IMG/VR virus record: IMGVR_UViG_3300041586_000098
Location: 9,392 to 73,391 of that record
Strand: one strand, 5' to 3'
Length of the DNA stretch: 64,000 nucleotides
From: a virus
Below, one piece after another: positions 56,998-63,580 of this stretch (its first letter is position 1; every line of letters starts with the position of its first letter). The position numbers were made by a program, and so were the translations under genes. Under the pieces are notes generated by a model. That model did no database searches. It worked only from the letters and a program-made list of their open reading frames with translations, and was not told the origin of the DNA.

Positions 56998-57067
56998 GTT
57001 TCGTTTAATCTTGGAGATTGGATAGCTTGCAACCCTATCAGAAGTGGTTCGATTCCACTACGAAACT
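56998..57067 (+). tRNA. tRNA-Cys(GCA), atypical D and anticodon arms
   Basis: GTTTCGT/ACGAAAC acceptor, U73, loop TTGCAAC. Confidence 0.7.
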
Positions 57068-57313
57068 CTAATAACTTTAACAAAACATTAACACTAAAAG
57101 TTTTTATAAGTCAAATAAAATGATTATATTTACTTATAATTAAAAACAATAGAATATGTGTGAAAAGGAAAGATTATTAAGAGAATTGTTTAAGACCGTG
57201 GAAAGGAAAACAAACGGTTGGAAATGCAAAATGGAAACTTTAACAAAAAATTAACACTTAAAGTTTTCAAGATTAAAAGATTTTGATTATATTTACTTAT
57301 AACTAAAAACAAA

Positions 57314-57341
57314 CGTTAATTGACATATTGATAATACTAAA
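57314..57341 (+). promoter_or_regulatory. Conserved leader with boxA-like element (also 58339-58366 and 60401-60428)
   Basis: Identical CGTTAATTGACATATTGATAATACTAAA between promoter and first tRNA, three times. Confidence 0.55.
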
Positions 57342-57342
57342 C

Positions 57343-57415
57343 GCGAATATCGTATAATGGCTTATTACTCTAGACTTCCAATCTGGAAATGACAGTTCGA
57401 TCCTGTCTATTCGCT
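57343..57415 (+). tRNA. tRNA-Gly(TCC)
   Basis: Cloverleaf, loop CTTCCAA, U73. Confidence 0.9.
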
Positions 57416-57461
57416 CCGGGAACCTTTTTAACATTTCCATATTTTTATAGATATATACTAT

Positions 57462-58145
57462 ATGGAAAAGTTAATTAAGGTTAAACAAGCCTCAAGGCGA
57501 AAATATCATTACATCTATAAAACTACATGTATCATTACTGAAAGGTTTTATATTGGAATGCACTCAACTGATAACCTAGAAGATGGTTATGTTGGTTCAG
57601 GTAAAAGATTATGGCATTCAATAAACAAACATGGCAAAGAAAATCATGTCACTGCGATAATTGAATATTTAAAAGATAGAGATTCTTTAAAAGCTAGAGA
57701 AAAAGAAATGGTTAATGAAGATCTATTAAAGGATCCTCAATGCATGAATTTAGCGTTAGGCGGAGAAGGTGGTGCGGGTTGCATGACTAAAGAACAATTA
57801 TCTAAAGGAGGTAAAAAAATGAATGAACTAAATTGGACTGATCTTGAATTTATAAAACGGAATGCAGAAAGAAATAAAATAAGGTTAAAAGAATTATGGA
57901 AAGATCCAGAATATAGAAACAAAATGTTAGTTTTAATAAATTGGACTGGTAGAAAACATAAAGAAGATTCTATAAATAAAATGAAAGTGTCTAAGATCGA
58001 TCATGGAAAAGGATCTTTAAACTCACAATATAATACATGTTGGATTTATAAAATTACAGATGAAAAATCTATTAAAATAAAAAATAATGAAATTCAATCA
58101 TATTTAGATAATGGTTGGATTGAAGGTAGGAAGATGAAATGGTAA
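57462..58145 (+). CDS. Seg-like GIY-YIG homing endonuclease
   Basis: YIYKTT....FYIGMHST..LEDGY.GSG; G.KH..E NUMOD3-like motif. Confidence 0.88.
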   Translation: MEKLIKVKQASRRKYHYIYKTTCIITERFYIGMHSTDNLEDGYVGSGKRLWHSINKHGKENHVTAIIEYLKDRDSLKAREKEMVNEDLLKDPQCMNLALGGEGGAGCMTKEQLSKGGKKMNELNWTDLEFIKRNAERNKIRLKELWKDPEYRNKMLVLINWTGRKHKEDSINKMKVSKIDHGKGSLNSQYNTCWIYKITDEKSIKIKNNEIQSYLDNGWIEGRKMKW

Positions 58146-58190
58146 AACATTAAATAGCAATTGACTCCTTTTATTAGAGAAAGCTTACAA

Positions 58191-58262
58191 TATCTTATAG
58201 TGTAACGGTTAGCACGAATCACTTTGAATGATTCAGTTTAGGTTCGAATCCTAATAAGATAA
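58191..58262 (+). tRNA. tRNA-Gln(TTG)
   Basis: Cloverleaf, loop CTTTGAA. Confidence 0.9.
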
Positions 58263-58366
58263 CTTTAACAAAACTTTAACACTTAAAGTTTTCTAGATTA
58301 AAATATTTTGATTATATTTACTTATAATTAAAAACAAACGTTAATTGACATATTGATAATACTAAA

Positions 58367-58442
58367 CGAGAGGTATAGGAGTCAGGTTTATCTAGCTGCA
58401 CTTGGACTGCAGATCACGTGGGTTCAAATCCCACTCTCTCGA
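58367..58442 (+). tRNA. tRNA-Pro(TGG)
   Basis: Cloverleaf, C1-G72, loop CTTGGAC. Confidence 0.9.
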
Positions 58443-58573
58443 CTAAATCTTTAAAGATTACAATACTGCAATGATTGCCGGCTACATGCATTGATCCTTA
58501 ACCCATATATTCGTTTGGGGTTCTTTTGAATTGGATAAACCGGACAGTTTTCCTAGGTGGTGCTAGGATATTT

Positions 58574-58656
58574 GCTCTTGTGGCGGAACTGGTAGACGCA
58601 CTGGTCTTAGAAACCAACGCTGTAATGGCATCTCGGTTCGACTCCGAGTAAGAGTA
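58574..58656 (+). tRNA. tRNA-Leu(TAG)
   Basis: Long variable arm, loop CTTAGAA, A73. Confidence 0.9.
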
Positions 58657-58688
58657 CTATAATGACTATTAGGAAAGACTAATAATTT

Positions 58689-58762
58689 GCTCTCTACGCA
58701 TAAATGGTGGTGCACTGGCTTTGTAACCCGGAATAGATTCAGTTCGATCCTGAAAGAGAGCT
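58689..58762 (+). tRNA. tRNA-Thr(TGT)
   Basis: GCTCTCT/AGAGAGC acceptor, loop TTTGTAA, short variable region. Confidence 0.8.
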
Positions 58763-58763
58763 C

Positions 58764-58853
58764 TAATTTAAATTAGTAATTAGCTTAAGAGATTAAAGCG
58801 TAATAGTAGATTAAGATATGGATTCAAAAAACCATATTACATAATTTAAATTA
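58764..58853 (+). pseudogene. tRNA-like element with shortened anticodon arm
   Basis: GCTT..AAGC D arm, TAAT-AGTAG-ATTA stub, degenerate T arm, AT-rich extended acceptor. Confidence 0.45.
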
Positions 58854-58856
58854 ATT

Positions 58857-58927
58857 GGCCCGGTCGTCTAAAAGCAGGACATTGTACTTTCAATTCAAAA
58901 ACCGGAGAGCGTTACTCCGTCGGGCTA
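58857..58927 (+). tRNA. tRNA-Glu(TTC), non-canonical T loop AGCGTTA
   Basis: Cloverleaf, loop CTTTCAA. Confidence 0.8.
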
Positions 58928-58947
58928 CTAAAAATAAGATTAAATAA

Positions 58948-59020
58948 GGGGTTGTAGCTAAAATGGATTAGCACTTCGTTTGCAACGAAAAGTATGCGGG
59001 TTCGAGGCCCGTCAGCTCCA
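58948..59020 (+). tRNA. tRNA-Ala(TGC)
   Basis: G3.U70, loop TTTGCAA. Confidence 0.9.
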
Positions 59021-59111
59021 CACTAGTTAAGCAATTGGTCATAAACAGCAATTGTGGATATATATGTTGTTAAGGTCCGCAAAACCCTCTAGCCAACTAC
59101 TGTTTATATTT

Positions 59112-59182
59112 GGTCCATTAGTACAAAGGCAGTATACCTGGTTGTCGCCCAGAAGAAAACGGATCGTTACCGTTATGGACCG
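59112..59182 (+). tRNA. tRNA-Asp(GTC), T loop ATCGTTA
   Basis: GGTCCAT/ATGGACC acceptor, G73, loop TTGTCGC. Confidence 0.85.
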
Positions 59183-59266
59183 CTAAATATTTTCTATTAT
59201 TGAAAATTAGTTTAAGAGTAAGTTTAAGAGTAATTAACTTAAACCTGAGAATTTCGAAGTTCTCGA

Positions 59267-59339
59267 TTGATTGTAGTGTAATGGTGCACGGGTCCGTTAT
59301 TGGAAACCAGGAGTAGGGTTCAAATCCCTTCAAATCAGC
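59267..59339 (+). pseudogene. tRNA-like RNA without a canonical anticodon loop
   Basis: Canonical D arm (GTGT-AATGGT-GCAC) and T loop TTCAAAT; irregular anticodon arm. Confidence 0.55.
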
Positions 59340-59345
59340 AAATAT

Positions 59346-59407
59346 TGCGGGGTAGTGTAATGGTAGCATGATGGGCTCATAACCCAAAGGAGTGGTTCGA
59401 ATCCGCC
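59346..59407 (+). pseudogene. Initiator tRNA-fMet(CAT) truncated at its 3' acceptor strand
   Basis: TGCGGGG start; GGG/CCC anticodon stem; expected CCCCGCA replaced by the endonuclease leader. Confidence 0.65.
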
Positions 59408-59447
59408 GACCATAACTTTTCTGCATATTTTATAGGATATATACTAT

Positions 59448-60101
59448 ATGCAAAAGACAAAAGGAATTAAAAGAGCTTCGGTTCGTAAATATCATTACAT
59501 TTATAAAACAACATGTATCATTACAAATATGTTTTATATTGGAATGCATTCAACTGACAACCTAGAAGATGGTTATGCTGGTTCAGGTACACGTCTATGG
59601 CATTCTATAAATAAACATGGCAAAGAAAACCATGTCACAAAGATTGTTGAGTTCTTAATAGATAGAAATTCTTTAAAGACTAGAGAAAAGGAGTTGGTTA
59701 ATGAAGATATGCTGAATGACAAAATGTGCATGAATATTCAATTAGGTGGAGGCGGAGGCTTTATATCTGAAGAAATTCAAAGGAATCGATCAATTGCTGG
59801 TGGAAATGCATTTAAAGAAAAATTCACTAATGATGAAGAATTTAAACAACGTTGGAGAAATGCAGTTTTCGATAGCGGAGCATGGTCCGGAGAAACATGG
59901 TTAGGTAGAAAACATAATGAAGAGACAAAGAAAAAGATTGGAGCATCTAATTCAATTAAACAATCCGGATCTTTAAACTCACAGTTCGGTAAATGCTGGA
60001 TTTATAACATTGAATTAAAACAAAATATTAGTATTAAAATGTCATTATTAGAACCATATTTAATAGAAGGTTGGATTAAAGGCAGAAAGATGAAATTTTA
60101 A
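59448..60101 (+). CDS. Seg-like GIY-YIG homing endonuclease (paralogue of 57462)
   Basis: Near-identical N-terminal catalytic domain. Confidence 0.88.
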   Translation: MQKTKGIKRASVRKYHYIYKTTCIITNMFYIGMHSTDNLEDGYAGSGTRLWHSINKHGKENHVTKIVEFLIDRNSLKTREKELVNEDMLNDKMCMNIQLGGGGGFISEEIQRNRSIAGGNAFKEKFTNDEEFKQRWRNAVFDSGAWSGETWLGRKHNEETKKKIGASNSIKQSGSLNSQFGKCWIYNIELKQNISIKMSLLEPYLIEGWIKGRKMKF

Positions 60102-60108
60102 CATAAAT

Positions 60109-60183
60109 GGCGGGCGGACCGGTCGGTATCGGAGGTAGTCTCATAAGCTACATTAAATGTAGTTCGACTCTACAGCGTCGCAA
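60109..60183 (+). tRNA. tRNA(CAT), Met-like, imperfect acceptor stem
   Basis: GTAGT-CTCATAA-GCTAC; TGTAG-TTCGACT-CTACA. Confidence 0.6.
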
Positions 60184-60246
60184 CGATGTAGTTTATATGA
60201 TTCTCTTTTCATTGAGTTCTCCTCAGAAAAACTCTAAAAAAGAAAT

Positions 60247-60318
60247 GGTCTCGTGGCGCAGTGGTAGCGCAGTTCGCTCATAACGAAAAGGTCGCAGGTC
60301 CAAATCCTGCCGGGACCA
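60247..60318 (+). tRNA. tRNA(CAT), probably Ile2
   Basis: GGTCTCG/CGGGACC acceptor, A73, loop CTCATAA; identity inferred. Confidence 0.75.
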
Positions 60319-60429
60319 CTAAAACTTTAACAAAAAATTAACACTTAAAGTTTTTTATATTAAAAGATTTTGATTATATTTACTTATAATTAAAAACAAA
60401 CGTTAATTGACATATTGATAATACTAAAT

Positions 60430-60513
60430 GGAAGGTATCCGGTTGGATGAGGAGCTTGTTTTGAAAACAAGTAACAGGTTGTACTGTTGTGGGTTCGAAT
60501 CCCACACCTTCTT
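60430..60513 (+). tRNA. tRNA-Ser(TGA)
   Basis: Long variable arm, loop TTTGAAA. Confidence 0.85.
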
Positions 60514-60602
60514 CGAATAAAATCTTAATTATAAGTATCTCCCAAAACATTCTAAGTTATATTTGAAGGAGAGAGAAGAACTTAGAGTACTTATGATTAT
60601 AC

Positions 60603-60673
60603 GCCCTTGATGCTTTAAAGTGAAGCACCTAGCTTTTAACTAGGGGAAGTAGGAGCATTACCTACCGGGGGTA
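60603..60673 (+). tRNA. tRNA-Lys(TTT), T loop AGCATTA
   Basis: CCTAG-CTTTTAA-CTAGG. Confidence 0.85.
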
Positions 60674-60732
60674 CAATGATAAGACTGTTACTAATTCATA
60701 GAGTTACATAATACGATTATAGAATTAGATTT

Positions 60733-60803
60733 GCCCTGTTGGCGTAATAGAAGCGTAATTGTTTTACATGCAATTGGCGGTGGAGCGTAACCATCACAGG
60801 GTA
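60733..60803 (+). tRNA. tRNA-Val(TAC), T loop AGCGTAA
   Basis: ATTGT-TTTACAT-GCAAT. Confidence 0.85.
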
Positions 60804-60900
60804 CAAAAATGTAAATAAACAAACAAATGACTGCAATCCTTACTTTGTTTATGCACATACTATGGAAGTTAAATCTTGCAGGAAATAGCTACTAATAGTT

Positions 60901-60973
60901 TTTACTAAAGGTGTTATGGCCAACATACCGGTGAGTCAGGCCGGAGAATAGGGTTCGAATCCCGTTAGTAATC
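60901..60973 (+). pseudogene. Atypical tRNA-like RNA (GTC at loop centre, A33)
   Basis: TTACTA/TAGTAA acceptor; CCGGT-GAGTCAG-GCCGG; TTCGAAT T loop. Confidence 0.5.
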
Positions 60974-60996
60974 AAATTTAAGTTTTCTTAAAAACT

Positions 60997-61077
60997 GGGA
61001 ACAGAAAGTCGTTTGGATACGGCAGCGGGATTGTAAACCCCGTCCGAAAGGGAGTGGTTCGAATCCACATGGTCCCA
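60997..61077 (+). tRNA. tRNA-Tyr(GTA)
   Basis: Loop TTGTAAA, variable hairpin CC-GAAA-GG, A73. Confidence 0.75.
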
Positions 61078-61153
61078 CTAAACCTTAACATGTTAAGGTT
61101 GATTAAATCATAATGTCTACATATTCTAATTGAAACTATGATATTATGCAATT

Positions 61154-61226
61154 GCGGATTAAGCTAATCTGGTGAAAGCGCATGGTTGAAGCCCATGAGA
61201 GACAGGATCGTAACCTGTAATCCGCA
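61154..61226 (+). tRNA. tRNA-Phe(GAA), T loop ATCGTAA
   Basis: GCGGATT/AATCCGC acceptor; CATGG-TTGAAGC-CCATG. Confidence 0.85.
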
Positions 61227-61279
61227 CAACGTTAAAGGTAATGCTGAACGTCAAACGACAATCCGGAAAGACGGATAAT

Positions 61280-61351
61280 GGATCGGTAGCTCAGGGGAAG
61301 AGCGGATGTTTGTTAGGCATCGGGTCGAGATTTCGAAATTCTCCCGGTCCG
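61280..61351 (+). tRNA. tRNA-Asn(GTT)
   Basis: GATGT-TTGTTAG-GCATC, G73. Confidence 0.85.
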
Positions 61352-61369
61352 CTAAAATAATCTTTATAT

Positions 61370-62092
61370 ATGAAAGAATGTGAAAATTGTAAATTAAAAC
61401 ATGAAGGCATATATGGCTCAGGTAGATTTTGTTCAAATACATGTGCCAAGGGATTCAGTACAAAGTTTAAAAGACTAGAAATTAATGAAAAAGTTAAAAT
61501 TAAACTAACAACAACAGAGACTATAATAAAGGAATGCGAAAATTTAAAATGCAAAAAAAAATTCAAATATAACTCTACATATAAAAACAGAAAATACTGT
61601 TCAATTAAATGTGGTGCATTTGTTAATAGTACTAACGAAATAGTTAAAGATAAATTATCAATAGCTAGAATTAATGCAATAAAGCGTGGAATAACAAATG
61701 GTTCAGGCATAAAATCAACATATTTGTTTAAAGGAAATTTCATAAATTGCGACTCTAATATAGAAAGAGCCTGTATAAATTATTTTGAAAATTTAGGTGC
61801 ATCATTAATCGAAAGATGTGACATTACAATACAGTATGTACATAATGGTACTACGCGTAGATTTTTACCTGATTTTAAGGTCTTATTAAATAACAAAACA
61901 TATATTGTTGAAGCCAAGGGATATGTAACTTCAACAATATTAAATGAAAAATGGAGACATTATAATGAGACTTCAATATTAAAAAAAAATATATTGCAGC
62001 AATATTGTAAAGAAAATAATTATGATTCCTTTTGGTTTACAAAAGATCTTCATATGAAATATTATAGAAATTTATCTAGGTTCGATTCCTAG
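61370..62092 (+). CDS. PD-(D/E)XK (TnsA-like) putative homing endonuclease with Cys-rich N-terminus
   Basis: CENC..FCS..C twice; RRFLPDF......IVEAKG. Confidence 0.8.
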   Translation: MKECENCKLKHEGIYGSGRFCSNTCAKGFSTKFKRLEINEKVKIKLTTTETIIKECENLKCKKKFKYNSTYKNRKYCSIKCGAFVNSTNEIVKDKLSIARINAIKRGITNGSGIKSTYLFKGNFINCDSNIERACINYFENLGASLIERCDITIQYVHNGTTRRFLPDFKVLLNNKTYIVEAKGYVTSTILNEKWRHYNETSILKKNILQQYCKENNYDSFWFTKDLHMKYYRNLSRFDS

Positions 62093-62100
62093 TGGAGCAG
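62076..62100 (+). pseudogene. Orphan tRNA 3' half overlapping the endonuclease stop codon
   Basis: CTAGG-TTCGATT-CCTAG followed by TGGAGCA-G. Confidence 0.7.
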
Positions 62101-62197
62101 CAAATCGCTAAAATAAATAAAAAGAGACCGTGGTGTTATGACAGGACGACCGTGAATAAAATATTCGGTGTAAGGCTCTCACCTTTAGCGATCAATT

Positions 62198-62336
62198 GCC
62201 CGAATAGTCAATAAGAACGTTCTTAGTGGTAAGTGGGCTAACGATGATTTAATATTACTTCCCGATGATCTAGATAAAGCATGGAAAGTGATTAAATATG
62301 TAGTTAGTAAGGTTGGTTCAATTCCATCTTTGGGCG
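62198..62336 (+). ncRNA. tRNA-like RNA with greatly extended anticodon arm
   Basis: GCCCGAA/TTTGGGC acceptor, G73, TTCAATT T loop, ~70-nt arm closed by GCTAAC/GTTAGT. Confidence 0.55.
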
Positions 62337-62341
62337 CAAAT

Positions 62342-62413
62342 TCACCTGTAGTAGAATGGTTAGCACACATCTCTGATAAGGATGAAATGGAAGTTCAATT
62401 CTTCCCAGGTGAA
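62342..62413 (+). tRNA. tRNA-Ile(GAT)
   Basis: CATCT-CTGATAA-GGATG. Confidence 0.88.
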
Positions 62414-62419
62414 CAATAT

Positions 62420-62490
62420 TCACATGTAGTAGAACGGTTAGCACGCATCCCTGTGCGATGAAATGGAAGTTCAAATCTTCCCAATGTGAA
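62420..62490 (+). pseudogene. Tandem duplicate of tRNA-Ile with eroded anticodon arm
   Basis: D and T arms near-identical to 62342; anticodon arm CATC-CCTGTGC-GATG. Confidence 0.7.
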
Positions 62491-62497
62491 TAATAAT

Positions 62498-62580
62498 AGA
62501 GAGTAAACTAGAATGGTTCTAGCACTGTTTGCTAAACAGTTGGTCCGAATTCGGATGGGGATCGTAACCTCTTCTCTCTA
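62498..62580 (+). tRNA. tRNA-Ser(GCT), T loop ATCGTAA
   Basis: ACTGT-TTGCTAA-ACAGT, long variable arm. Confidence 0.8.
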
Positions 62581-62714
62581 CTAAGTATCTGTAAGCGTTA
62601 GAGAATTGGTGCACCAACATACCATGTAGAATGGCCATTTTATTATAGTAACGTTATCTTTTAGTTAGTTAAGTTCAACTCTTAGCAGACAAATCTAATG
62701 CAAGGTACTTAAAT

Positions 62715-62783
62715 TGCGATTTGATCTAGGATCGAGAATATCTCATAAGTATTTTCAGACAGGAGCGTAACCTGTAATCGCAA
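62715..62783 (+). tRNA. tRNA(CAT) with short D arm, T loop AGCGTAA
   Basis: TGCGATT/AATCGCA acceptor; AATAT-CTCATAA-GTATT. Confidence 0.6.
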
Positions 62784-62795
62784 CAAAATTAATAT

Positions 62796-62867
62796 GGTGT
62801 TTGAAGCTTTTTAGTGAAGCGCAAGACTGTGAATCTTGAGAAGACGGGGCGGTACCGTCCTAACACC
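62796..62867 (+). tRNA. tRNA-His(GTG), T loop GGCGGTA
   Basis: G-1/C73; CAAGA-CTGTGAA-TCTTG. Confidence 0.85.
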
Positions 62868-62966
62868 CGACATCTCCAAAATGGAGAATGACTTGGTAAT
62901 GAATTAATTTCAAACAAACTCAATACCTTAAGTTGAGCAGATAATCTACGTGATTATCTTTTAAAT

Positions 62967-63048
62967 TCCCCTTTGATGGAACAGTAGACATGTCAGACTT
63001 AAAATCTGGTGCCTTTATGGTGTGCGAGTGCAATTCTCGCAAGGGGAA
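62967..63048 (+). tRNA. tRNA-Leu(TAA), T loop TGCAATT
   Basis: Long variable arm, loop CTTAAAA. Confidence 0.85.
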
Positions 63049-63054
63049 CTATAT

Positions 63055-63127
63055 AATCCTATAGCTTAATTGGAAGAGCCCTGTGCTACGAACACAGAGG
63101 ATATAGGTTCGAGTCCTATTAGGATTT
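63055..63127 (+). tRNA. tRNA-Arg(ACG)
   Basis: CTGTG-CTACGAA-CACAG. Confidence 0.9.
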
Positions 63128-63129
63128 CA

Positions 63130-63310
63130 AATATTAATTGTTGAAGCTTATAAACGTTTTGTAAGACTCGAGTTCGACTCTCGACATGTCCACTAAATTA
63201 AAAGTATTAAAAAGGGCATGAATGGTGTTGATTACGATATAGAATATAGGACTAGATTAATATCAACGCAAACGACAAATTTGCCTTAGCAGCGTAGTTG
63301 CTGTTAGGTA
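63130..63310 (+). ncRNA. ssrA: Circularly permuted (two-piece) tmRNA, tag ANDKFALAA
   Basis: T arm and CATGTCC-A (63185-63192) lie upstream of GGGCATG (63214-63220); G3.U70; tag ORF 63268-63297. Confidence 0.88.
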
Positions 63311-63364
63311 CTAACTTCTAAGAAGTTATTTACTTACGTCTCCTGAAACGAAATTCAGGAATTT

Positions 63365-63436
63365 GCCTCTATAGTTTAATTGGAAAAACGGATCTCTTCT
63401 AAAGATCAAACATGGGTTCGACTCCCGTTAGAGGTT
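63365..63436 (+). tRNA. tRNA-Arg(TCT)
   Basis: GATCT-CTTCTAA-AGATC. Confidence 0.9.
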
Positions 63437-63507
63437 CTAATATTAAAGAAACAGAGCAACCTTTAGACAACCTATATGGTAGAAATTAGCTTAGACAGTT
63501 TCTTTAA

Positions 63508-63580
63508 ATACTTCTCACAGGCAAGGTGCCGGTATGGTCTCCAAAACTACTACGGCTAGGTTCGATTCCTAGGGGTTGTG
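63508..63580 (+). tRNA. tRNA-Trp(CCA), weak acceptor stem
   Basis: Loop CTCCAAA; CTAGG-TTCGATT-CCTAG; G73. Confidence 0.65.

Noticed and set aside
58689-58762. Reading this tRNA as Tyr(GTA)
   Set aside because: Loop register gives TGT, the variable region is short and the discriminator is U; a long-arm Tyr exists at 60997
59419-59425. TTCTGCA as a displaced acceptor strand rescuing the truncated fMet tRNA
   Set aside because: Needs three G.U pairs and an ~11-nt bulge; the same bases are better explained as the 5' arm of the nuclease start-codon hairpin
59118-59426. Minus-strand ORFs over the tRNA array (also 61291-61743 and 62185-62370)
   Set aside because: Antisense translations of tRNA genes or of the endonuclease gene
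56044-60428. Near-identical 70-100 bp repeats as a CRISPR array
   Set aside because: Irregular spacing of hundreds to thousands of bases, whole genes between copies and no cas genes; they behave as promoter cassettes
62250-62285. Amber-suppressor anticodon (CTA) at the tip of the long-armed tRNA-like RNA
   Set aside because: No proper 5-bp stem closing a 7-nt loop around CTA
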